Positions 42,201-51,013 of a stretch of 64,000 nt of DNA are shown piece after piece (within the stretch, counting starts at the first letter, position 1; each line of letters opens with the position of its first letter). Under the pieces are notes generated by a model that saw nothing but the letters and a program-made list of their open reading frames with translations, had not been told where the DNA came from and did not search any database. Made by a program: the position numbers and the translations under genes. Origin of the DNA: Pseudomonadota bacterium (GTDB lineage: Bacteria; Pseudomonadota; Alphaproteobacteria; JBCCHK01); contig JBCCHK010000007.1 of the NCBI GenBank assembly GCA_039028835.1, positions 72,371 through 136,370 on the forward strand, in the 5' to 3' direction.

Positions 42201-42714
42201 GCCCACCATCGATATCGGTGTGCAGGCGATGCTACCAGACAGCTATATTGCGAATGTGGATGTGCGCACTGATCTTTATCGTCGGATTGCCCGCGCTTTG
42301 ATGATCAGCGAGATCGATGAGCTGACGGCAGAAATGGCGGATCGTTTTGGCGCCCTCCCGCCTGATGCGATCATCTTTACCGAATTGGTGCGTTTGAAAC
42401 TGGTTTGTATCGGCGCCCAGGTCAGCCGGCTAGAGGTCGGCGTGGCCGGCTGTAAGATCAGCATGCGCCCGGATATCGCCGTGGATCCCGCCGGCTTGGC
42501 ACGTTTTTTAGAAAATCATCAGGCGCGTTTGCGTCCAGATCAGAGCATCTTTATCGCCCACCTTCGGCGCGAAGGATCAGCCGATGAACGGATTAGGACA
42601 ATGCGGGCGTTGGTGAGTGACCTTGCACAGGTGATTAAAGACGATCATACTCAAGCCCGCCCGCCAGGACGCCCTGCGCAAAATCCTACAGAAAAGATAG
42701 AATACGCCTCATGA
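39220..42714 (+). CDS. mfd: transcription-repair coupling factor
   Basis: UvrB-homology N-terminus, a superfamily-2 helicase core (GDVGFGKTEVA…DEEQRFGV…) and the TRCF C-terminus; ~1165 aa. Confidence 0.9.
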   Translation: MIVPDLTGIIPSQAKATSLAGVADGFEAFVLASLYHAQPDSSLVYIAQNDASAQTFLQTLNFIIPNVTAAWLPAWDCAPYDRISPHADVMATRIQTLLGLAQDKPAVVVTTINAALQKIPPREGYQQTWFEAKSGARIGRDDLISRLAALGYRRTSQVIEPGDFVVNGGLIDIFASGEDQPIRLDFFGDEIETVRPFDPANQRSSDRQVHVTIRPFSEVALHEEARARFRSGYRQAFGTVGTSDSLYEAISAGHVVPGMEHWLPLFYRKLETLFDYVTKDSIVVLAPQAERLMAERLEYIQDFYEARQQALEVKTDNPYRPLPPSALYLDRTMWAQAITSHRIMSLHTATGIGSDMRTRPGVDFRAARQSPDRDVLVEVATYLREQREAGRHVLLTAASTGGQERLRNLLSGVGTSISLVQSLAELDSVTPGSVVLPLERGFCSDHLIVLTEQDMFGERLTRRKRRRRANADIALLTQSLNAGDLVIHAEHGLARFAGLQTRQVGGTLAECAQLEYADNAKVYVAAVHFDLLSKAGAGTPPALDRLGGMGWQQRRARAKKLIRDMAQALMKTAAARASAQLPPMTYQAETYERFCARFAFPETEDQLAAIDDVMKDLRGPAPMDRLICGDVGFGKTEVALRAAFAVAMTGKQVAVLAPTTLLVRQHVDVFRERFKSFPIKVGALSRLVSDKDKKQVRHGLSEGTIDIVIGTHALLSKATKFHRLGLVIIDEEQRFGVSHKEKFKQLRAQTHVLSLTATPIPRTLQMALSGLRGMSTITTPPVDRLAVRTFVSVFDPLIIKDAIARELFRAGQVYVVCPRITDLDEIQAHLADLNVRMMVAHGQLPSRQLEDIMTKFYEGEIDVLISTSIIESGLDVPNANTLIVYHADRFGLAQLYQIRGRVGRAKRRAYAYFTHVSPRLTTAAHRRLRALESLEQLGSGFQLASQDLDIRGAGNLLGEEQSGQIREVGPELYQHMLEEAIAQLRGETLPNHFSPTIDIGVQAMLPDSYIANVDVRTDLYRRIARALMISEIDELTAEMADRFGALPPDAIIFTELVRLKLVCIGAQVSRLEVGVAGCKISMRPDIAVDPAGLARFLENHQARLRPDQSIFIAHLRREGSADERIRTMRALVSDLAQVIKDDHTQARPPGRPAQNPTEKIEYAS

Positions 42715-43598
42715 GTTTTTCTTTTCTTAAAATGCATGGTCTGGGTAATGATTTCGTCATTATCGATCAGCGTGTTGAGGCCCTGGATGTCGCCGGCCAC
42801 GCCGCCTATTTGGCTGATCGCCGTAGGGGCATCGGTTGTGACCAGGTGATTGTGCTCAACACGCCGAAGAAAGGCGAGGAGAGTGAGGGGGTCGATATTG
42901 CGGTCAGTTTCTATAATCATGATGGCTCGCCTGCGGCGGCCTGCGGCAATGGCACCCGCTGTATTGCTGATCTGATTATGGCCGAACAAAACCTTTCTCG
43001 TGTCCGAATTCAGACCGACAGCGGCCTGTTGACGGCCCAACGCACCCAAGACGGGCAGATTGAGGTGGACATGGGACGACCGACCTTTGGCGCGGCGGTG
43101 ATGGGCTGGACCGGTGCCCATGAGGGCGATCAGGCGATCATAACCTCGCAAGGCGCGTTGCATGATGAGGATACGGACTTTGCCCGGGCGTGGATGGTGA
43201 GCATGGGCAATCCTCATCTCGTGTTTTTTGGCAACCAGCGGGATGATTTTCCGGCCTTTGGCGCGCGGATCGGTGCTCTTGCGGAACTCACCGATGGCGC
43301 CAACATCGGCCTTGCCACAATCCTAGACCCGGGGCAATTACGACTGCGGGTCTATGAGCGCGGCGCGGGGATAACCTTAGCGTGCGGCACGGGAGCCTGT
43401 GCCGCGGCGGCGATGGCGATGACGCATTATCATGCGGCGCGCACCGTGCGGGTTCATGTGGATGGCGGCGAGCTTGTCATCCGCTGGCCATCAACGCAGG
43501 CAACCATGACCATGACCGGGCCCGTTTTTTATGTTTATCGTGGCCAGTGGCACGGTACTTCACATTCGATCAATCACCTTAATCCCAAGAAGACCTAA
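42711..43598 (+). CDS. dapF: diaminopimelate epimerase
   Basis: MHGLGNDFVIID… and the catalytic Cys motifs GNGTRC and CGTGACA. Confidence 0.9.
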   Translation: MSFSFLKMHGLGNDFVIIDQRVEALDVAGHAAYLADRRRGIGCDQVIVLNTPKKGEESEGVDIAVSFYNHDGSPAAACGNGTRCIADLIMAEQNLSRVRIQTDSGLLTAQRTQDGQIEVDMGRPTFGAAVMGWTGAHEGDQAIITSQGALHDEDTDFARAWMVSMGNPHLVFFGNQRDDFPAFGARIGALAELTDGANIGLATILDPGQLRLRVYERGAGITLACGTGACAAAAMAMTHYHAARTVRVHVDGGELVIRWPSTQATMTMTGPVFYVYRGQWHGTSHSINHLNPKKT

Positions 43599-45266
43599 CA
43601 CACAAGTAAGGGCTTGGTGGGTGGCACGAACAAGCACCAAGCGTTTCCGGCGCCTGCGCTCGTCATCGGTGAGCACGGGTACATTGGTATAGAATGCGCT
43701 GAAGGCCTGCGCCAGATCATAGGCATAGCTACATAGATCGCTGGGTGCGCGGCGATCAAACGCCAGATTTAAGGCATCGGGTAGGCGGGCAATGGTGATC
43801 GCAAGGGTCCGGGTGTTATCACAAAAATCTTGAGTATCTAAATCTTCTAGGCGTGTCTTTTTTTCTATATCTTCTTCCTGGGCCTTGCGCAGAATGGATG
43901 CCATGCGTACTGCGGCATAAAGAAGGTAGGGGCCGGTGCGTCCCTCAAAGGTCATGAACCGGGCCAGATCAAAGCGATAATCCGAGCGGCGGTAGTTAGA
44001 TAAATCGGCGTACTTAATGGCCGCTAGACCCACCGCATGCGCGATATCTTGGCTTTCTTCACGGGCGTCTTGTCCAGCGCCCCGCAATTCGCCAACCCGG
44101 GTTTGAGCTTGGTTGTAGGCGTTATCCAGCAAATCACGCAAGCGCATGACGCCGCCCTCGCGAGTCTTAAAGGGCTTCCCGTCAGGGCCGTTCACCGTGC
44201 CAAAGCCGATATGTTCTAGGGCTTGCTCTGCTGGCGCGATTTGTGCTTTTCTCGCCGCGGCAAAAATCTGGGCAAAGTGCAAGTGCTGGCGTTCATCGAC
44301 CACATACCAAATATAATCGGGCGTCACCTCGCTATTGCGTCGAGCGATGGTCGCAAGGTCCGTCGCCGCATAGGAATAGAGCCCATCGCGGGTGCGCAGA
44401 ATCAGCGGCGGGGTATCCTCAAGGTCGGTGGGTACAATCAACGCCCCATCATCCACCCGCGCAATGACGCGTTCCTGCAAGTGCTCGGTCAAGCCAGGTA
44501 AGTCCTCAGCGGTGGTCGCTTCCCCATCCCAGCGATCAAAGCGCACGCCCAGGCGGTCCAAATCCTCACGTAATCCGGCGATCGTAACGTCCAGCATCTG
44601 CTGCCAGCAGGTCATGGCCTCGCTTTGCTTTTGTTGCAGGCGGGCAGTCGCCCTGCGTGCCGCATCCAGGCGCGCCTCGTCTTGCTTACAGGCCTGCGCC
44701 GCCTGGGGATAGAGGACGTTGAGCGCATCGAGGGTCAAGTCCGGGATCGGCGCACGCGCCAGGGCATCTACCAGCATGCCCATCGGTAGTCCCCAATCGC
44801 CCAGGTGAATGTCGCTGGTGACCTGGTGGCCGAGTGCCCGGGCGAGCCGTTGTAGACAATCGCCGATCAAGCAGGAACGCAGGTGCCCCACGTGCATGGG
44901 CTTGGCGATGTTGGGGCCGCCAAAGTCGATGACGATTCGGTGAGGGGTGTCGGCTTTGGGGATCAGAGCCGTGATATCACGTGCGGCGGTCAGCGCGACA
45001 TTGGCCAGGGCGTCTTGGCTGAGGTGGATGTTGATAAAGCCCGGACCTGCCACTGTCGCCTTATGGACCGACCCATGCTGGCTTACGGTCTCGGCGATGC
45101 GTGTGGCGAGCTCTTGTGCTTGTGCGCCCTTAAGGCCTGCGGCCATGATTCCATTGCATTGGAGACCATCAAAACGGCTGGACCACTGGGCGCGTCCAAG
45201 CGCGCCATCCAGGCCATGCGCCGTGAAGGCTTTGGCGAGAGCCTCGCTGATTGTGCGTAAAAGCAT
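43560..45266 (-). CDS. argS: arginyl-tRNA synthetase
   Basis: HVGH motif (MHVGHLRSCLIGD), DALK region and 568 aa. 39-nt convergent overlap with dapF. Confidence 0.9.
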   Translation of the reverse strand: MLLRTISEALAKAFTAHGLDGALGRAQWSSRFDGLQCNGIMAAGLKGAQAQELATRIAETVSQHGSVHKATVAGPGFINIHLSQDALANVALTAARDITALIPKADTPHRIVIDFGGPNIAKPMHVGHLRSCLIGDCLQRLARALGHQVTSDIHLGDWGLPMGMLVDALARAPIPDLTLDALNVLYPQAAQACKQDEARLDAARRATARLQQKQSEAMTCWQQMLDVTIAGLREDLDRLGVRFDRWDGEATTAEDLPGLTEHLQERVIARVDDGALIVPTDLEDTPPLILRTRDGLYSYAATDLATIARRNSEVTPDYIWYVVDERQHLHFAQIFAAARKAQIAPAEQALEHIGFGTVNGPDGKPFKTREGGVMRLRDLLDNAYNQAQTRVGELRGAGQDAREESQDIAHAVGLAAIKYADLSNYRRSDYRFDLARFMTFEGRTGPYLLYAAVRMASILRKAQEEDIEKKTRLEDLDTQDFCDNTRTLAITIARLPDALNLAFDRRAPSDLCSYAYDLAQAFSAFYTNVPVLTDDERRRRKRLVLVRATHQALTCVLGLLGIKVIDRM

Positions 45267-45331
45267 GGGGATGCCTTTCTGGGCGCCAGGATCGACGCGC
45301 GGGGTTGTACCTTGCGGTTGCCGGACTCATA

Positions 45332-45412
45332 TTAACGTCATAGCTTAACGTCATAGCGAAAAACGCACGAACACGAATCTCACCACACGCACCAACAATA
45401 CGCACCAACAAT
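45332..45412. repeat. two different 13-bp tandem direct repeats (ttaacgtcatagc x2, acgcaccaacaat x2) in the argS/htpG divergent region
   Basis: Exact copies at 45332-45344/45345-45357 and 45387-45399/45400-45412. Confidence 0.85.
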
Positions 45413-45431
45413 TTGAGAGGGATGCCCCCGA

Positions 45432-47273
45432 ATGTCAAAGCCGATCCCCTTTAGCGCCGATGTCACCAAACTTTTATCCATCGTGGCCAAGTCCCTTTAT
45501 AGCGATACGGATGTTTTTCTGCGCGAGCTGATCTCCAATGCCTCGGATTCCTATGATCGTCTGCGCCATCAGGTCTTAACCCGCAAAGATTGGGGCGGTG
45601 TGAACGCCCAAGGACGCATTGAGGTGCGTCTGGCCAAAAACACCATCACCGTGGCGGATCGTGGCATGGGCATGACGAAAGACGAGCTCAGCAAGAACTT
45701 GGGCACCATCGCCCGCTCGGGCTCTGCCGCGTACTTAGAGGCTCTCGCGGACAAACAGGATGTGTCTTTCATCGGCCAGTTTGGCTTGGGATTTTATTCG
45801 GCGTTCATGGTGGCTGACCGGGTCGAGGTGATCGCCCGCGCGCCGAAAGCCAAGAGTGCCTGGCGTTGGCAGTCTGATGGCCAGGGGAACTTCACCATCG
45901 ACAAGATCGATGCGCCAGGATTCGATCACGGCGCCGAGGTCATCTTGCACATTCGCAAAGACAAAGACCAATACCTAGATAAAGCGCAGCTAGAGCACAT
46001 TATTCGGCGTCATTCCAGTCACATCGAACTACCGATTGACCTTGTGAGTGCTGACGGGACTCAAGAGATTAACGGCGGGGGTAGCGCGCTGTGGACTCAG
46101 TCTTACAGTGACTCGCGCAAGCAAGAGTACGAAAGTTTCTATCAAGACGTGTGCCATGGCTTGGGCGAGCCGTGGCTGACGATCCCCTATCAAGCCGAAG
46201 GGATTATCACCTATTCAGCGCTGTTGTTTATTCCCTCCTTGCCGCCGTTTGATCTCTATCAACAGCGCGCGAGTCTGCGTCTGTATGTTCGGCGGGTGTT
46301 GGTGGATGACAAGGCTGAAAACATTTTACCTGATTACTTGCGTTTTGTGGTGGGGGTGGTGGACAGCCCCGACCTGCCGCTTAATGTCAGCCGTGAAATG
46401 CTCCAAGATAGCCCTGTACTGGCCAAAATCTCCTCCGGCCTGACGCGCAAGGTGTTGGGCGCGATCAAAGAAAAGGCAAAAAATCGAGAGGACTATGCGG
46501 TCTTTTGGAACAACTTTGGCGCGGTCCTTAAAGAAGGGCTGATTCACGATCCCGAGAATCGCGAGACGATCGGCGCGTTGTTGCGTTTTCAAAGCACCGC
46601 TGGAGATGATCTGACGAGCCTTGCGGGCTATAAAAAGCGTGCACAAGAAAACAAACAAGACGAGAAAACAGTGCTCTATCTTGCCGGTAGTGGCGAGCAA
46701 GACCTGGCGCGTTCTCCGCATTTGGAGGGTTTTATCAAGGCCGGCCAAGAGGTCGCGCTCTTGCGCGATCCGGTCGATAGCTTTTGGACGGGGATGGACC
46801 TTGCCGGGATGAGCTTTAAGTCGGTAACGCGCGAGGATGTGACGCCGGGTGAAGAGACGCAAGAAAAAAAGAAAAACGGGGCTGATAAAAAAGAACCCAA
46901 AACGAGCGAGGCAGTACGTGTCCTGACCGAAAAACTGAAAACCACCCTAGAGGTCAAGGACGTACGGGTCAGTACCCGCCTTGCGCAATCACCCGCTTGT
47001 TTGGTGGCAGGCAGGGACGACCCTGATCTCCAGACCGAAGCGTTGTTACGCCAGCGTAACCCTCAGCATATGGGGGTTTCTAGAGTGTTGGAAATCAATC
47101 CCGAGCACCCGGCGATTCTCGCTCTTGCTAAAGTGAGCGATGAGTCTTTGTTTGAAAGTGCAGCGCACGTGCTGTTTGCTCAGACGCATATTGCGCAAGG
47201 ACTACCTCCTGTTAACCCTGCGCAGTTTACCGATCAGCTTGGGATCGTACTAGAGCGGGCTCTCAACGGCTAA
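45432..47273 (+). CDS. htpG: chaperone HtpG (Hsp90)
   Basis: N-terminal ATPase motif LRELISNASDS and full-length Hsp90 similarity; 613 aa. Confidence 0.95.
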   Translation: MSKPIPFSADVTKLLSIVAKSLYSDTDVFLRELISNASDSYDRLRHQVLTRKDWGGVNAQGRIEVRLAKNTITVADRGMGMTKDELSKNLGTIARSGSAAYLEALADKQDVSFIGQFGLGFYSAFMVADRVEVIARAPKAKSAWRWQSDGQGNFTIDKIDAPGFDHGAEVILHIRKDKDQYLDKAQLEHIIRRHSSHIELPIDLVSADGTQEINGGGSALWTQSYSDSRKQEYESFYQDVCHGLGEPWLTIPYQAEGIITYSALLFIPSLPPFDLYQQRASLRLYVRRVLVDDKAENILPDYLRFVVGVVDSPDLPLNVSREMLQDSPVLAKISSGLTRKVLGAIKEKAKNREDYAVFWNNFGAVLKEGLIHDPENRETIGALLRFQSTAGDDLTSLAGYKKRAQENKQDEKTVLYLAGSGEQDLARSPHLEGFIKAGQEVALLRDPVDSFWTGMDLAGMSFKSVTREDVTPGEETQEKKKNGADKKEPKTSEAVRVLTEKLKTTLEVKDVRVSTRLAQSPACLVAGRDDPDLQTEALLRQRNPQHMGVSRVLEINPEHPAILALAKVSDESLFESAAHVLFAQTHIAQGLPPVNPAQFTDQLGIVLERALNG

Positions 47274-48182
47274 ATTGGTGCGCGATTTGCTCGTCGCACG
47301 GAGATCCTCGCCAGTGCGTACGCCGATCTCCCACGCTTGAGAAGGCACCATGCGGATGTTTTTTTCTATCTTTTCTATCTTTGCGTCGCTGCGGGAGTTT
47401 TCTGACCTTAGGTGCTGAGTGCGGAGAAAGACTTGACCTTTCTCAACGCTGGCGAAGGCGGCCAGGGGGGAGGTGCAGTCGCCGCCAAAACCATGGAGAA
47501 AACCGCGCTCAGCTTGGGTTTGTAGCTGTGTTTCTTCATCGACCAAAGGCGCGAGGAGCTCGGCGATATCGTCATCCTCGCGGCGGTATTGCACCGCCAG
47601 GGTGCCTTGCCCGGCGGCGGGTAGCATATGCTCTATGGAAATCAGGCTACTGATCTGGTCTTTACGCCCCAACCGCGTGAGCCCACAGGCGGCAAGGATG
47701 ATGCCATCAAAGCACGATGCCTTGGCAAGACGGGTATCGACATTGCCACGCAGACTGACCAGCGAAAGGTCAGGGCGCAAGCTGGCAAGCTGGGCTTGCC
47801 GGCGGGGTGAGCTGGTGGCCACTTGCCCACCGCTGGGTAAGTCGTGCACGGTAATTGCGCCGTGTCCCGTAATCAGGGCATCGAGCGGATTATCCCGCGG
47901 TAGGATACTGTGCAAGGCAAAGTCTTCATCAAGCTCCCGCCCGCCGGGCACGTCCTTCATCGAATGCACGGCGATATCGATCACGCCGGTGCGCAGAGCG
48001 GCCTCCAGGCCGGTGATAAAAATCCCCTTAAAGCCATCTTCGTCTGGCGGAAACTCCAGACGCTTGGTCCCTCGCACGCTACACGGCCGTGGGGTGCGAT
48101 CGATAAGCTTGTCATACAGGAGTTGCGCCTGTAGGCGCGCAAGGGCGCTGGTGCGACAACCGATAATCAAAGGGCGAGGCAT
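47250..48182 (-). CDS. hemC: hydroxymethylbilane synthase (porphobilinogen deaminase)
   Basis: IIGCRTSALARLQA… N-terminus and full-length similarity. Confidence 0.9.
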   Translation of the reverse strand: MPRPLIIGCRTSALARLQAQLLYDKLIDRTPRPCSVRGTKRLEFPPDEDGFKGIFITGLEAALRTGVIDIAVHSMKDVPGGRELDEDFALHSILPRDNPLDALITGHGAITVHDLPSGGQVATSSPRRQAQLASLRPDLSLVSLRGNVDTRLAKASCFDGIILAACGLTRLGRKDQISSLISIEHMLPAAGQGTLAVQYRREDDDIAELLAPLVDEETQLQTQAERGFLHGFGGDCTSPLAAFASVEKGQVFLRTQHLRSENSRSDAKIEKIEKNIRMVPSQAWEIGVRTGEDLRATSKSRTNLAVESPL

Positions 48183-48209
48183 AAACAGTGAGCCGATGAG
48201 ATAAGCGAG

Positions 48210-48632
48210 TTATAGGGAGTCGACTGGATCGACTTTTTGCCACAGTTTTTCTAAATCGTACAGGGCGCGCATCTCTGCGGTAAACAGATGCAGCACGATA
48301 TCCCCCATATCCAGCACCAGCCAACGGGTGCCGTTCCCCTCCAGCCGTGTTGGCGGTGCTTTGCGGTAGCGTTTTAAGCGGCGTAAGACATGGTCGCGCA
48401 AGGCCCCAAGGTGAGTCGTCGAGGTGCCGGTGGCGATAATCATCACGTCCATGATCGATGTGTGGCGCATATCGATCTGGGTGATGGTTTCGGCCTTGTG
48501 CGTTTCAAGGGTGGTGATGATCGTCTGGGCGCGTTGCTGGATCCTTTTCGCCGTTGCGGCTTGAGATCTAGCGGATGTCGTTATCGTCGTTTTGGCCGTT
48601 TTAGGCGTTGGGCGTTTTGCAGGGGGCGACAT
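48210..48632 (-). CDS. rsfS: ribosomal silencing factor RsfS (Iojap) with a basic K/T/A/P-rich N-terminal arm
   Basis: C-terminal RsfS core (…MDVMIIATGTSTTHLGALRDHV…WLVLDMGDIVLHLF…). The likely start is the Met at 48632 (MSPPAKRPTPKTAKTT…); the longer ORF reaches 48848. Confidence 0.75.
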   Translation of the reverse strand: MSPPAKRPTPKTAKTTITTSARSQAATAKRIQQRAQTIITTLETHKAETITQIDMRHTSIMDVMIIATGTSTTHLGALRDHVLRRLKRYRKAPPTRLEGNGTRWLVLDMGDIVLHLFTAEMRALYDLEKLWQKVDPVDSL

Positions 48633-49318
48633 CAGCGGGCGGGGGTTCCTCGGAGAAGACGGGACGCATGGGGTTGATTGTGTTGCGGGGCCATAAACCA
48701 GGCCGGTGTCTGATGATGACACAAATGCGCTGGTTTGCGCAGACGTTTTGCTGCTAACCGCCTCGCCGCCGCGCCGCGCAGGCTGGCATGGGTGATCCCG
48801 GGTCGCCCCGCGATAAACAGCGGTAGCGTACCTGCAAGCCGTTGCCAATCGATCCAGCGTGATAGATCAGAAAGGTTATCGGCACCCATAATCCAGACAA
48901 AACGTGTTCCCGCAAAACGAGTCTGAAGCTGCTGGGTCGTTTGCCAGGTCGAGGTAGTACCAAGGTGAGCCTCAAGGTCTGTGGGGACCATGGCCGGATC
49001 GGGCGTGAGGCGGCGAATGCGTGCGATGCGGTCACCTATGGTTTCCTGAGGCGGGCTTTTCATCCAATGGCCGGGGCTCACCAGCCACCAGACCGCATGC
49101 AACCGGCAGGCCCGGCGCGCGGCTTGCGCCAGGTGCAGGTGCCCAGGATGGACAGGATCAAAGGTACCACCGAACAATCCAATGCGAAGGCGACGCAGTA
49201 AAGCCGGGTTGGCAAAAGGGATGGACACCGCTTTACACCACGTTAGGGGGTTGTTTAAGGGGTTTGTTGAGGGGCGTAACTCATGCACCTGCACCTTACG
49301 GGCGGATGTGCCCGTCAC
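48632..49318 (-). CDS. nadD: nicotinate-nucleotide adenylyltransferase
   Basis: IGLFGGTFDPVHPGHL motif and the proA-nadD-rsfS synteny. The start probably lies downstream of the ORF's first codon. Confidence 0.8.
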   Translation of the reverse strand: MTGTSARKVQVHELRPSTNPLNNPLTWCKAVSIPFANPALLRRLRIGLFGGTFDPVHPGHLHLAQAARRACRLHAVWWLVSPGHWMKSPPQETIGDRIARIRRLTPDPAMVPTDLEAHLGTTSTWQTTQQLQTRFAGTRFVWIMGADNLSDLSRWIDWQRLAGTLPLFIAGRPGITHASLRGAAARRLAAKRLRKPAHLCHHQTPAWFMAPQHNQPHASRLLRGTPAR

Positions 49319-50579
49319 CGATCACCACGTATTTGTGGGTCACCAGCTGGGCACTGCCGACCGGACCCCGGGCATGCAGGCGGCCGGTGGCGATGCCAAT
49401 CTCGCCACCCATGCCAAACTCGCCGCCATCGGCAAATTGGGTGGAGGCATTGACCAGCACAATCGCGCTATCCACTTTTTTGGTAAAGGCATCGATGGCG
49501 GCGGCGTCTTGGGCGAGGATGGCATCGGTGTGCTGGGAGCCATAGCGGTCGATGTGTGCAATGGCGCCGTCCACGCCGTCCACGCCGCGCACGGCGACGA
49601 TGGCATCCAGGTATTCGGTCTGCCAGTCTGCCTGGCTCGCTGGTTTGGCCTTGTCTACGATAGCGGCGATGGGCTCATCGGCGCGCACCTCGCACCCGGC
49701 CTCAAGCAGAGGCGGGACAATGGCGGCCACCAGCTCAGGCAATGCGGCACGGTCGATCAGGATGGTTTCCGCTGCGCCGCAGGTACTAACCCGGCGCATT
49801 TTGGCGTTGAGGACAATCCTTGCGGCCTGGGCGGGATCGGCACTGGCATCCACATACACATGACACAGGCCCTCCAGATGCTTAAGCAGAGGCACCCGAG
49901 CCTCAGCGCTGATTCGCTCGATAAGCGAGCGGCCGCCGCGGGGCACGATCAGGTCAATCTCGTCGGTGGCGCGCACCATGTCGCTCACCGCTTGCCGGTC
50001 TCGGGTCGGGATCATCACGACCGCATCCGGGTCTAACCCGGCATCGCGGATCCCGGCGCGTATGGCCTGGGTGATACAGGTCACCGAAGCAAAGCTGTCC
50101 GATCCCGTACGCAGAATCACCCCATTGCCCGCCCGCAGGCACAAGGCGCTGGCATCGGCGGCCACGTTGGGGCGGCTTTCGAAGATCACGCCAATCACGC
50201 CGAGAGGCACGGCGCGGCGTTCGATACGCAGGCCGTTAGGGCGAGTCCATTGGGCGAGAACCTCACCCACCGGATCGGGCTGATCGGCAATATCGCGCAG
50301 GGCTTGGATCATCCCGTCGATCCGCACCTCATCAAGGGCCAGGCGGTCTAAAAAGGCAGGCTTGACCCCTTTGGCTTGAGCGTTGTCGTAGTCTTGACGG
50401 TTGGCGGTTAACAGCTCAGCCCGGCATTCATCGATCTGGTCTGCGGCGGCGCGGATCGCTTGGGTACGCGCAGGCGCATCGGCCTGGCTGTTAGCCGCCA
50501 TGGCCGCGCGGGCGCGACGGGCGAAGGCCGTCAGGTCGTAGGTGTTCGTTTCGGGCGCGTGATGGGGATAGGTATGCAT
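49296..50579 (-). CDS. proA: gamma-glutamyl phosphate reductase
   Basis: Full-length ProA similarity at 427 aa. Confidence 0.9.
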   Translation of the reverse strand: MHTYPHHAPETNTYDLTAFARRARAAMAANSQADAPARTQAIRAAADQIDECRAELLTANRQDYDNAQAKGVKPAFLDRLALDEVRIDGMIQALRDIADQPDPVGEVLAQWTRPNGLRIERRAVPLGVIGVIFESRPNVAADASALCLRAGNGVILRTGSDSFASVTCITQAIRAGIRDAGLDPDAVVMIPTRDRQAVSDMVRATDEIDLIVPRGGRSLIERISAEARVPLLKHLEGLCHVYVDASADPAQAARIVLNAKMRRVSTCGAAETILIDRAALPELVAAIVPPLLEAGCEVRADEPIAAIVDKAKPASQADWQTEYLDAIVAVRGVDGVDGAIAHIDRYGSQHTDAILAQDAAAIDAFTKKVDSAIVLVNASTQFADGGEFGMGGEIGIATGRLHARGPVGSAQLVTHKYVVIGDGHIRP

Positions 50580-51013
50580 CTCTTCAAGGTAGAGCCTGAC
50601 TGGCGGATCTGCAAGTCTGTCGGCGTATCCAGCGCGCGATCAAGGACGGAAGGATTGGCTGATCAATCTAGCAGAAAACGCCCTCAAAGAAGGATCGGAT
50701 TTCGTGGGTCATGATCCGGCTTGCGAGATGAGATCAGAGCGTTTACAATCGTGCCAGGGGAGGCGTACGTCTCAGTTTGCTTTTCTCGCCGTTGCTCCTG
50801 GCGCGATTTCCTTTGCGGGGATTTTCATCTAAGGGCACCGGGCGAAGAGATGCGGTCTGAGAAGGCGACGCACGGCTTGTCGTACGCTTGGTACAACACA
50901 TGGTGCATGGCACCTGATTGTGCCAGCAAGACAACGCTGGACTTTACCTCCTCACTATAAGCACGCAACGCTTAACAAGCATGCGTATACAATAATCAGG
51001 AGTTAAAGAAACT

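Noticed and set aside
45300-45431. Sigma-32 heat-shock promoter upstream of htpG
   Set aside because: Only a weak CTTG…CATATTA arrangement is visible, not convincing against CTTGAA-N13-17-CCCCATNT or CTTG-N17-CYTATNT.
50721-50960. 79-aa Cys-containing ORF in the proA/aapJ gap
   Set aside because: No RBS, atypical composition, and it is overlapped by other spurious ORFs. Treated as non-coding leader pending transcript data.
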